64,000 bases of DNA from Planctomycetota bacterium. GTDB taxonomy: Bacteria > Planctomycetota > Planctomycetia > Pirellulales > Lacipirellulaceae. This document shows, piece by piece, positions 33,101-41,278 of the stretch (positions are counted from its first letter, which is position 1; every line of letters starts with the position of its first letter). Under the pieces are notes generated by a model. It was not told the DNA's origin, made no database searches, and saw only the letters and a program-made list of their open reading frames with translations. Both the position numbers and the translations under genes were made by a program. The stretch covers positions 1 to 64,000 of the forward strand of contig JBCCXZ010000004.1 of the NCBI GenBank assembly GCA_039190745.1. Reading direction: 5' to 3'.

Positions 33101-33451
33101 GATGTCCAATCGCTTGTGGAGGACGTCGTCGGCTCCATGATGGGAGACCTCGACCTCGACGGCGATATCGACGCCAACGACCTGCTCGCGCTGCAACGCG
33201 GTTTCGGCTTGTCCTCGCCGCGATACGACCAGGGAGATGTCAACGTAGACGGCTTCGTTGACGCAACCGACTCGACACTCCTGCGGGACGCATTCGGTTT
33301 CGGCGCAACTGCGTTGACCTCGATCGCCACCGTCCCCGAACCAGGAACCATGCTGATCGCGACGGCCCTGTTGGGACTCGCTTGCGTAAGGCGCCGACCG
33401 GCCAGGCCCATCGAGGGAGGGGACCGGCGGGTTTACTTTTCTTTGATTTGA
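30134..33451 (+). CDS. GH13 alpha-amylase family protein with dockerin-like repeats and PEP-CTERM
   Basis: DLILNH, GFRIDAARH (nucleophile), FIE, FVQSHD; many GDLDxDG repeats; VPEP-TM-RRRP. Confidence 0.9.
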   Translation: MIHNQNAHPAHGVRVPALKATRSLLLLSLLATAPFQALAVDVSPAPIYQIFEARWDTINERMPDIFGAGYGRFWLPPPNIADSGGLSVGYDVFDRFDYGSPNNQTLYGTENGLKSLVSSAHRAGLLVNTDLILNHNGFRDHTTPGFIGQGDYPGFVTTLSPQDDPNGVGEPFGDFHAPSFDTDPGADPETFRLAGLIDIVQSRNNNFIRHPVGPDPQNIPSGSIWDQPDPNNARFYPDQALGTPVNDPVLGNTVLYDFNKADPLAGDPVVENAMALTMRSVRYAVQEIGIDGFRIDAARHFPRWVLDYFDQATFLSKKQTLLDGSTHHPYSFIETGGDSNAFLQSFIRKDITSDTTVGGNRDALDFNLFFTMRDNLTSNGAANNWHPIRNDSIDLNDDGLRNGSQGVKFVQSHDDTGPFLENVAYAYTLLLPGEAIVYQNAKQFGDNRDFPRDGKVDALGGFFGETITTLIDIRNTHGRGDFRERWLDDAFNPNGFSNVYVYERSDSMVVGLNSRNDAVVETRTGVQTDFAPGTILVELTGNSADAAVDPGGVIPESVQVNSSGQIDISIPANQGHGRGYVVYGLATPNSTLTLTNVDGVLAGETPTAENNGTARQTDIQIIRSNTFDVQLTTAPVSVPDPNNPGQFVRDFDADGDQAILKIDGGVDLNSNPGVDNVTPGSVSYGFEEFVTTKAPGYVDDGSGNNIGTGTGNYVQTIDATQLSEGRHYLTTRVFRHRDSGPAVYEDQKETIYIDLLPPESAVVSFEPLANLPERTENRELIVESVDQTGDSMHFFLNLPENVTDAEVLQMALNDEGTADLYDQDQWSDDFRMLGTGNHVATIVTFEPTFDGTNGFNIQRVPGLLIDSRRSAGFGDLDVDNSITPSDLSGIDNDSFEDVLYSQGDKFNASADVDGDGDVDNLDLFGLGDELVAAGASQAALDAYVDVRIRRGDLDTDGLTNSADVAQLYASFGTTGWLEDLNADGAVDLGDVQSLVEDVVGSMMGDLDLDGDIDANDLLALQRGFGLSSPRYDQGDVNVDGFVDATDSTLLRDAFGFGATALTSIATVPEPGTMLIATALLGLACVRRRPARPIEGGDRRVYFSLI

Positions 33452-33519
33452 TTTCTTGCTTGCGGTGATGAACAGACTTCGATGAACCATCTCGCACCAC
33501 AATGAGGGAGGATTTTGAA

Positions 33520-34905
33520 ATGAGACGCAACTTGAATCTCGGGGCACTCGTAGCTTGTTTGGCGGTCGGCGGCTCTGCTTTGGCGCAAGTGCCCGTCATC
33601 GACGGCACCGCCGACGGCCTTTACGGATTGGCCCTTTCGACTCAGAACACAAGCACCGGCTTTGGGGACAACAGCTCTGCGGACCCGATCGCGACCGCAA
33701 ATGGCGGTTCCGAGATCAACCAAGTCTTCGCGACTGTCGGCAACGACGGCGTAGAGGACCGGCTCTATGTCACGATCACTGGCAATCTCGAAACCAACTT
33801 CAACAAGCTCGAGATCTTCATCGATTCCGAGGCCGGCGTTGGTCAAAACGAAATTGTTGGCAGTACCCTTCCCACCGACGTTGATGGTTTTTGCTGTGGC
33901 TTCAACGGAGTGACTGCCACTACGGACGGAGCGTTGCAACGACAGGATTTCTTACTCTTCGATGCCGATTTTGAAGCGGACTACTACCTCACGTTCTCCA
34001 ACGGCTCCGAGGAGATCGGCGGAACGAACTTCTGGGCCGGTTCGGCGCACTATGCAGAACTCAACAACGGACCAACAGGACGCAACGTCCGTGCCGGCGT
34101 GATCTTCGCCCCACAGGGCATCTCGGACATCCTCCGAGCCCCGAATACCGCCGATATCGACCAAGACATCGACGTGGATATCGCGGACGCTCTGGCCGGC
34201 CAGCGGCTAGGGAATGACCTGAACGGAGATTGGTCGGCGCAGCTCGGCACCGACCGAACGGAAGCCAACGACTTCTTCGTACCGTTCGATGGCGGACCCA
34301 ACAGCGCTACCCAACTGCCGTTGGCTGGAGTGCTGCCCAATACGACCCCAGGTCAGGTGTTCGACCAGAACTACGCATTGGGCGACGGCGGCTGCACGGC
34401 CGACACCACCGACGGCGGCGCCGGTTGCGTGGCCCGCGAGCTTGAGTTCTTGCTTCCGGTTGATTCCAACGACCCGACGAACGCCCTGAACCATCGCGAC
34501 TTCGATAACGAAATCCGTCTTGAGATGGCGTTCGACAACAGCAACGTTGATGGAGTCGAAGGCGCCAACGACGGCAGCTTCGCAGGTGACCCTGAGAACG
34601 TAGTTACAGGCTTTGAGTTCTCTATCCCGCTGAGTGAAATCGGGAGCCCCGGCGCAGGCGACGACATCAAGATCACTACCTATGTCAATGGCACAGCCCA
34701 CGACTTCGCATCCAACCAGTTTGGCGGTGTAGGCGTTCTATCCGCCAATCCAGGCGGGGCGCCTGACCTAAGCACTATCGCAGGCGATCAATTCGTCACG
34801 ATTACGGTCCCGAGTCCGCCAGCTATTGGCGCCGTGCCCGAGCCGGGTTCGGTTGCCCTCGTTGCGTTGGCTGGTTTGGCCCTCGGCGTGACCCGTCGTC
34901 GGTAG
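33520..34905 (+). CDS. PEP-CTERM protein, paralog of 27190..28083 with insertions
   Basis: GAGGGAGG RBS; TGNLETNFNKLEIFIDS; TGFEFSIPLSEIG; HDFASNQ; VPEP-TM-RRR. Confidence 0.82.
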   Translation: MRRNLNLGALVACLAVGGSALAQVPVIDGTADGLYGLALSTQNTSTGFGDNSSADPIATANGGSEINQVFATVGNDGVEDRLYVTITGNLETNFNKLEIFIDSEAGVGQNEIVGSTLPTDVDGFCCGFNGVTATTDGALQRQDFLLFDADFEADYYLTFSNGSEEIGGTNFWAGSAHYAELNNGPTGRNVRAGVIFAPQGISDILRAPNTADIDQDIDVDIADALAGQRLGNDLNGDWSAQLGTDRTEANDFFVPFDGGPNSATQLPLAGVLPNTTPGQVFDQNYALGDGGCTADTTDGGAGCVARELEFLLPVDSNDPTNALNHRDFDNEIRLEMAFDNSNVDGVEGANDGSFAGDPENVVTGFEFSIPLSEIGSPGAGDDIKITTYVNGTAHDFASNQFGGVGVLSANPGGAPDLSTIAGDQFVTITVPSPPAIGAVPEPGSVALVALAGLALGVTRRR

Positions 34906-34924
34906 CCCCTGCAGCAGCTTTGCC

Positions 34925-34961
34925 AACCGGCCGCGGCCCAGCGCCGCGGCCGGTTTTTCTT
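34925..34961 (+). terminator. Rho-independent terminator
   Basis: AACCGGCCGCGGC-CCAGC-GCCGCGGCCGGTT followed by TTTCTT. Confidence 0.8.
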
Positions 34962-34993
34962 TACCTTAAACCGTACAAACGAAAGCAATCGCC

Positions 34994-36979
34994 GTGGCCC
35001 GAAACGACGCGGACCCACTCAGAATCGCGGTACTCCTGATCGTGGCCAGTTCGGCAGCCCTCGCCGGATGCAACGAGGGAGGGCAAACCACGGTCGCGTC
35101 CGAGCCGCAAACGGCGGCTGCTTCCGAGGCCTCGGTTACCAAGAAGACGCCGGAGCCGTATGACGAAACGTTCCGAGGCGTATCGACAGAGAACGTGCCG
35201 GCCTGGGTCGCCGACGCAATCTTCTACCAGATATTCCCTGAGCGTTTCCGCAACGGCGACCCTAACAACGACCCCACCAGAGAATCCCTTGAGTTCCCCG
35301 ACGTGGTCGGCGACGACTGGCGCATCTCCTCGTGGACGGCAGATTGGTACGGGCGCGACGACTGGGAGAAAGCACTAGGCGAGAACTTCTACGACGACGG
35401 CGTCTTCCACCGCCGCTACGGCGGCGATCTGCAAGGGGTGATCGACAAGCTTGATTACGTTGGCTCGCTCGGCGTGAACACGCTGTACTTCAACCCGGTG
35501 TTCTACGGCCGCTCGATGCACAAGTACGACGGGGCGTCGATGCACCACATCGACCCCTACTTCGGCCCCGACCCTGTGGGCGACTTTGCCCTGATGAAAG
35601 AGGAGACGGCCGACCCGTCCAGCTGGCAATGGACAGCCGCCGATAAGCTCTTCCTGAAACTGCTTAAGGAAGCCAAAGACCGCGGCATCCGGGTGATCAT
35701 CGACGGAGTCTTCAACCACACCGGGCGGGACTTCTTCGCGTTTGCGGACATCCGTGAAAAGCAGGAGGCGTCCGACTACACCGACTGGTACATCGTCCAG
35801 CGATTCGACGATCCCAGCACTACGCAGAACGAATTCCGCTACAAGGGCTGGTGGGGCGTCGACACCCTGCCGGAGTTCGCCAACTCGCCCGACGGCGCAG
35901 ACCTCCACCCCGGTCCGCGCGAGTACGTCATGGCGATCACCGCGCGGTGGATGGACCCCAACGGCGACGGCGACCCTTCCGACGGGATCGACGGCTGGCG
36001 ACTGGACGTCGCGAACGAGGTGCCGACCGGATTCTGGAAGGCGTGGAACCAACGCGTGCGTGAGATCAACCCGGAAGCGTACACCGTTGCCGAAATCTGG
36101 GACGATGCCCTGAACTTCCTGCGAGACGGCGGTTTCTCGGCCACGATGAACTACCACGGCTTCGCCTACCCGGTGAAGGGATACTTGATCGATGGCAAGC
36201 TGACTCCGAACGACTTCGGCCAGCAACTCGAGGGCCGGCGAGTTCAGTACCCGCTCGCGATGCAGTTCGGTCTGCAGAACCTGATCGACTCGCACGACAC
36301 CGACCGCGTCGCCTCGATGGTTGTCAATGCTGGGCACGCCCCGTACGAGAACGCGGAGCGGTTTGACTACGACATCGGCGGCCGCGTCTCGCCTCGGTAC
36401 GATCCCGAATACAGCGTCCGAGCCCCCAACAAACGAGAACGCAGGATCCAACGGCTGGTCGCCCTTACGCAGATGACCAGCTTGGGAGCGCCGATGGTCT
36501 ACTACGGCACCGAAGCCGGCATGTGGGGCGGCGACGATCCTTGCGACCGGATGCCGATGGTCTGGGAAGACTTGGAGTACGCCGCTCAGACCGCGGACCC
36601 ACTCGGACGCGAGCGGGAGCCGGATGCCGTTGGTTTCGACAGCAACCTCTTCAATTTCTTCAGAGGGGCTATCTCGTTGAGAAAGGGGTATCCCCCGTTC
36701 CGCCGGGGCACGTCTGCAACACTTGCCGTGGACGACGCCGCACAGTTCTACGCTTTCCAGCGAGAGTACGGAGACGAGAAGCTGATTGTCTGCATCAACC
36801 GAGGCGAGGAGGCCTATCAATGGGATCTCCCGATCGGGCCCAAGGAGGGGGTCGAGAAGATTTTTAGCGCCGCCCCCGATTCCTGGGACGTCGGCGTCCG
36901 AAAGAACGAAGGCGGCTACTCGATTGAGCTTCCGGGCTTGGACGCGGCCGTGCTGGAATTGTTCCCCACGCTGGAGTAG
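34994..36979 (+). CDS. GH13 neopullulanase/cyclomaltodextrinase-type lipoprotein
   Basis: Lipobox LAGC; IFYQIFPERF.NGD, YGGDLQG, DGVFNH, GWRLDVA, AEIW, LIDSHD, YYGTE. Confidence 0.92.
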   Translation: MARNDADPLRIAVLLIVASSAALAGCNEGGQTTVASEPQTAAASEASVTKKTPEPYDETFRGVSTENVPAWVADAIFYQIFPERFRNGDPNNDPTRESLEFPDVVGDDWRISSWTADWYGRDDWEKALGENFYDDGVFHRRYGGDLQGVIDKLDYVGSLGVNTLYFNPVFYGRSMHKYDGASMHHIDPYFGPDPVGDFALMKEETADPSSWQWTAADKLFLKLLKEAKDRGIRVIIDGVFNHTGRDFFAFADIREKQEASDYTDWYIVQRFDDPSTTQNEFRYKGWWGVDTLPEFANSPDGADLHPGPREYVMAITARWMDPNGDGDPSDGIDGWRLDVANEVPTGFWKAWNQRVREINPEAYTVAEIWDDALNFLRDGGFSATMNYHGFAYPVKGYLIDGKLTPNDFGQQLEGRRVQYPLAMQFGLQNLIDSHDTDRVASMVVNAGHAPYENAERFDYDIGGRVSPRYDPEYSVRAPNKRERRIQRLVALTQMTSLGAPMVYYGTEAGMWGGDDPCDRMPMVWEDLEYAAQTADPLGREREPDAVGFDSNLFNFFRGAISLRKGYPPFRRGTSATLAVDDAAQFYAFQREYGDEKLIVCINRGEEAYQWDLPIGPKEGVEKIFSAAPDSWDVGVRKNEGGYSIELPGLDAAVLELFPTLE

Positions 36980-36982
36980 CGA

Positions 36983-39295
36983 GTGCCCCAGGACCGCAGT
37001 TATGCCGGACGCGGTCGCAGCGCGTGGGTTCGCCTTCTGCTGACCTGCCTCCTTACGGCCGGCCTCGCGGGTTGCGGCGGCGAGGCGGGCACGCGAGTGA
37101 CTCTTTGGCACCAGATGCGGCCCGGCGATCGCCTGGTGCTTGAGGAGCGCCTGGAGCAGTTCCGTGCATTGCACCCCAATGCCGATGTCCGTGCACTCTA
37201 CAAAGAAACCGAAGAGTTGCGCAGCGGCGTTGAGTCGGCTGTACTCGCTGGGCAAGGCCCCGAGATCGTCTATGGCCCGTCGGACGCGGTCGGCATCTAC
37301 CACACGATCGGCGGCGTGCAGGATATGTCGCCTTGGTTCTCTAATGAGGTTTGCGAAGCCTTTGACAACCGGGCCCTTGTACGGCTGAAAGATCCTGATG
37401 ATCCGGCGACCGAGGAGCTCGTGTTCGTCGGCGACCGCTTTGGCAACCACCTCGGGTTGGTCTACAACCGCAGTTTCCTCGCCGAGCCCCCGAAGACTGC
37501 TGCTGAGTTCGTCGAAGCCGCCAAGGCGAACACCGTCGACGAGAACGGCGACGGGCGTCCCGAGCGGTACGGGGTGGTTTGGAACTATACCGAACCTTTC
37601 TTCGTTGTGCCGTTCCTGACAGGATTCGCTTCGTGGGTCCTGGACGACGACGGTGAAGGGCCTCCCACTCCGACGCTTGATAATGAGGCCGCGGTAGCCG
37701 CCTACGAGTATGTCTCCGAGTTGAAGCTGAAGCACAAGGTCTTGCCGCGGTCGGCGGACTACGAGGCGGCGGCGGCGCTGTTTCTTTCCGGCAAGTCGGC
37801 GATGATCCTCGACGGCGATTGGAGCTGGCAGAAATACCTGAGCGAGCCGGGGATCGACGCGGCCGTGGGGCTGCTGCCGGTGGTCGAGTCGACGGGCCTG
37901 CCAATGGCGTCGACCGTCGCGCCGAAGGGCTACAGTCTTACAGTCGCCGCTAAGGGCGCTAACCGCGAGCTGGCGGTGGAGCTGATCCGGTTCCTCACGA
38001 GCGAAGAAACCCAGCGGGTATTCCTGCAGGAGCAGAAGGTGCTGCCCTCGCGGTTGGCGGTGCGTGAAGACCCGATTATCGAGAGCGATCCGACGCTGCG
38101 GGTTGGTCTTGAGCTGGCTGAACGCGGGCCATTGATGCCAACGGCCACCGAACTGCGAGCGGTGTGGGACGCGATGCGGCCTCCCTACCAGGCACTGATG
38201 GCGGGTCAGCTCTCGCCTAAGGAAGCCGCGGCGGAGATGCAGGCCAGCGCCGTCAAGAAAATTGAGATTATGACCAGTGAGGTCGAGCCGGACGGGTCGG
38301 CGATCCTGGTGCAAGTGATCGGACTGGCCTTGCTCCTTGGCGGCCTCGCATATTTCCGGGGTACGTTCGTGGAATTCTTCCGCGACCTGCCACGGCAACC
38401 GCTTTCGTATTTGTTTGTGCTGCCAGCGATCGCGGTGATTTTCCTGACGGTGCTGTTCCCGCTGGTCTACAACGTGGTGCTCTCGTTTAGCAACATGTCG
38501 CTGGCGAACTTCCACGACTGGGAGATCGTCGGCCTGCACAACTACGCTTCGATGCTTGCCGGCGATGCGGCCCGGGATTTCTGGGAGCTGTTCGGCTGGA
38601 CGGTGTTCTGGACGGTGATCAACGTGGCGTTTCACGTTTCGCTCGGAGTGTTGCTGGCGGTGGTGATCAACGGACCGGTGCGAGGGAAGAGCATCTATCG
38701 AGTGATGCTGATTATCCCGTGGGCCGTTCCGGCGTACATCACGGCCCTGACTTGGCGTGGGATGTTCGATTACGAGTTTGGGGCGGTGAATCACTTCATC
38801 ACGGCCCTGAACGAGTATTTGCCGACCGCATTGCAGTTGCCGCTCCTGGACTGGCTGAAGACTGAGGGTCCCGCTTTCGCGGCGTGCATTGTCGCGAACG
38901 TGTGGCTGGGTTTCCCATTCATGATGGTGATCGCGCTAGGAGGCCTGCAGGGGATTCCGAAGGAGTTGTACGAGGCGGCGAGCATCGACGGGGCGAGCCG
39001 GCTGCGGCAGTTCTGGTCGGTAACCGTCCCGATGCTCAAGCCGGTGCTGCTGCCGGCGGTGACGCTGGGTTCGATCTGGACCTTCAACAATCTGAACGTG
39101 GTGTGGCTGGTCTCTAACGGCGGCGAGCCGAGCGACGAGACGCACATCCTTGTCTCCTACGTCTACAAAGCGGTGTTCAACCTGTACCAGTACGGTTCGG
39201 GGGCGGCGCTCTCGATGGTGATCTTCTTCATCCTGCTGGCGTTCTCGATGACCTTCCTCCGCAGTGCCAAGGCCACGGAGAACGTGTATGGCTGA
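36983..39295 (+). CDS. Fused sugar ABC solute-binding protein and MalF-type permease
   Basis: Lipobox LAGC; MalE-like solute-binding domain over the first ~430 aa; then TM helices and the EAA loop LQGIPKELYEAASIDGAS. Confidence 0.9.
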   Translation: MPQDRSYAGRGRSAWVRLLLTCLLTAGLAGCGGEAGTRVTLWHQMRPGDRLVLEERLEQFRALHPNADVRALYKETEELRSGVESAVLAGQGPEIVYGPSDAVGIYHTIGGVQDMSPWFSNEVCEAFDNRALVRLKDPDDPATEELVFVGDRFGNHLGLVYNRSFLAEPPKTAAEFVEAAKANTVDENGDGRPERYGVVWNYTEPFFVVPFLTGFASWVLDDDGEGPPTPTLDNEAAVAAYEYVSELKLKHKVLPRSADYEAAAALFLSGKSAMILDGDWSWQKYLSEPGIDAAVGLLPVVESTGLPMASTVAPKGYSLTVAAKGANRELAVELIRFLTSEETQRVFLQEQKVLPSRLAVREDPIIESDPTLRVGLELAERGPLMPTATELRAVWDAMRPPYQALMAGQLSPKEAAAEMQASAVKKIEIMTSEVEPDGSAILVQVIGLALLLGGLAYFRGTFVEFFRDLPRQPLSYLFVLPAIAVIFLTVLFPLVYNVVLSFSNMSLANFHDWEIVGLHNYASMLAGDAARDFWELFGWTVFWTVINVAFHVSLGVLLAVVINGPVRGKSIYRVMLIIPWAVPAYITALTWRGMFDYEFGAVNHFITALNEYLPTALQLPLLDWLKTEGPAFAACIVANVWLGFPFMMVIALGGLQGIPKELYEAASIDGASRLRQFWSVTVPMLKPVLLPAVTLGSIWTFNNLNVVWLVSNGGEPSDETHILVSYVYKAVFNLYQYGSGAALSMVIFFILLAFSMTFLRSAKATENVYG

Positions 39296-40136
39296 GCCTA
39301 GTGAACCGCGGGAATCGATGGGGCTGACGGCGTTGCGGCACGCGGTGCTGCTGCTGTTTGTGGCGATCGCGGTCTGGCCGGTGCTGGACGTGGTGAGCAT
39401 CTCGCTGCGGCCGGGGAACCGGCTGCGGACGACGGAGCTGGAGCTGATCCCCAAGGATTGGACGCTCGATTCGTACAAGCAGCTGTTCACCGACGAGCCG
39501 TTCCTGCGGTGGATGGGTAACTCGATGCTGGTTTCGCTGACGGTGACGATCACGGGCGTAGCCCTGGCGTCGGTGGCGGGGTACGCGTTCAGCCGGTGGC
39601 GGTTTGTGGGGCGGCAGACGATGATGCTCTCGATCCTCACGACCCAGATGTTCCCGGCGACGATGCTGCTGTTGCCGCTGTACCTGCTGATCGCGAAGCT
39701 GGGGTTGGTGAATACCTACTTGGGTTTAGTGGTGTTCTACACGTCGACGGCGTTGCCGTTCTGTGTTTGGCAGATGAAGGGCTTCTACGACACGATCCCC
39801 GCCTCACTGGAAGAGGCGGCGACGATCGACGGGTGCAGCCGGTGGGACGCGTTCCGGTTGGTGATCCTGCCGTTGGCGGTGCCGGGGCTGGTGATCACGG
39901 CGTTGTTCAGCTTCATGACGGCTTGGAGCGAGTACATCGTGGCGGCGCAGGTGCTGCAGGACGAGTCTCTGTTCACGCTGCCGCTGGGGATCAAGAGCTT
40001 CCAGGCGAGCATGTCGACGCAGTGGGGGCTGTACGCGGCGGCCTCGATTCTGGTGAGTGTGCCGGTGGTGGCGGTGTTTATCTTCCTGAGCCGGTTCTTG
40101 GTGTCGGGAATGACGCTGGGTGCGGTGAAGGAGTAG
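39288..40136 (+). CDS. Sugar ABC transporter permease, MalG-type
   Basis: AGYAFSR; FYDTIPASLEEAATIDG; start overlaps the end of the upstream gene. Confidence 0.93.
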   Translation: MAEPSEPRESMGLTALRHAVLLLFVAIAVWPVLDVVSISLRPGNRLRTTELELIPKDWTLDSYKQLFTDEPFLRWMGNSMLVSLTVTITGVALASVAGYAFSRWRFVGRQTMMLSILTTQMFPATMLLLPLYLLIAKLGLVNTYLGLVVFYTSTALPFCVWQMKGFYDTIPASLEEAATIDGCSRWDAFRLVILPLAVPGLVITALFSFMTAWSEYIVAAQVLQDESLFTLPLGIKSFQASMSTQWGLYAAASILVSVPVVAVFIFLSRFLVSGMTLGAVKE

Positions 40137-40143
40137 CGCCGCT

Positions 40144-40426
40144 GCTCTTTTGTCTTTAGGCACGGAATCGGGTACACGCGGCGATACGCCAAAAATCGTC
40201 TGTTTTGTCACGGTTGGTTGCGGGTTCGCCAGCGACGCGTAGCGTCGCGGCTAGCTGCGGGCGGACTTTAATCTTTGAGTTTGCGTTCTTAGACGTCGAG
40301 TTTTTGGGGTCAGAAGGAATGAGCCACAGGTGGACGCAGATGAACACAGATGCTGTTGCTTGCGTCTCACCCAATAGTGTTCATACGTTTATATATCATG
40401 GAGTGGCCATTTGCTAACCTGCAATC
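40144..40426 (-). repeat. ~280-bp conserved non-coding element, copy 2 (inverted)
   Basis: Reverse-complement homolog of 19599..19877; carries a CCACAG.TGGACGCAGATGAACACAGAT half-repeat at about 40322-40351. Confidence 0.85.
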
Positions 40427-40447
40427 GCCCATCTCGGGGGGTCGCGG

Positions 40448-41200
40448 CTACGCCGCGTCTCGCTGACGGCGGGCGTAGACGGCTTGGGCGAGCTTGCCGC
40501 CGATGAGGCCGAGGAGGGTTGTTGCGAGCCAGCCGCCGATAACAACGAAGCGCTTCGCGTGGAGGATGTAAGGGAACGTGGTGGCGACGCCGTTGGCCTC
40601 CAGAGCGACGATTCCCGACTTGCCGAAGCTCCGCCAGAGCTCTTGGCGGACCACGCCGTCGGCTTTGAGGCCGTTCGCCTCCTGGTAGTCCCTGACGGCC
40701 CGCCGCGTCTGGCTCCCGAAATCACCGTCGACTTCGAGGAGCGGGCTGGTGGAGTGCGCCTCGTTGAGCGCCGCTTGGAGGGCACGCACCGCGGGCCCCG
40801 ACCGAAGGGAGTTGAGCGACGGCATAGGCGTGGTAAACGTCCGGCCGTCGCGGGTGCGGGTGATTTGCGTGGCGGGAGCCTGAGGGCCTGCTCCGATCGA
40901 GGAGGCGTAGAAGGCGTCTTCCAGCAGCACGCGGAGCGGCATGTCGTCGACGTAGGTGAAGGCGAGCCAGTGCAGGATCGCGCCCACGCAGAAGCCGGCG
41001 GCGAAGGCTTGGCGGTAGCCGCGGTCGACGAAGGCAACGACGGCGTAGTAGAGCAGCACGATCAAGACGGCCGCGGCGATGACGTGTTGCCACGCCTCGG
41101 TGTGCTGCATGAGGGCTACGCAGCCCGCGGCGAGGAAGGCGGTGGACGCCAAGAGCGCGCGGAGTGACATACGCAGCGGGTGGGGGGCCTCTTCCATCAT
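40448..41200 (-). CDS. Membrane protein with a peptidoglycan-binding (PG_binding_1-like) domain
   Basis: Three TM segments, then AVRALQAALN..VDGDFGSQTRRAVRDYQEANGLKADGVV, then a C-terminal TM. Start uncertain. Confidence 0.78.
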   Translation of the reverse strand: MMEEAPHPLRMSLRALLASTAFLAAGCVALMQHTEAWQHVIAAAVLIVLLYYAVVAFVDRGYRQAFAAGFCVGAILHWLAFTYVDDMPLRVLLEDAFYASSIGAGPQAPATQITRTRDGRTFTTPMPSLNSLRSGPAVRALQAALNEAHSTSPLLEVDGDFGSQTRRAVRDYQEANGLKADGVVRQELWRSFGKSGIVALEANGVATTFPYILHAKRFVVIGGWLATTLLGLIGGKLAQAVYARRQRDAA

Positions 41201-41278
41201 GCGGTCGAGTGTAGCTGGCGATGCCGGAACGCTCCAAGCCATCCGGTCGCCGTCGGGAGCGCGGCGGCGTGAATGGGC

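Noticed and set aside
35375..38794. 1139-aa minus-strand ORF
   Set aside because: Antisense shadow of the GH13 and ABC genes.
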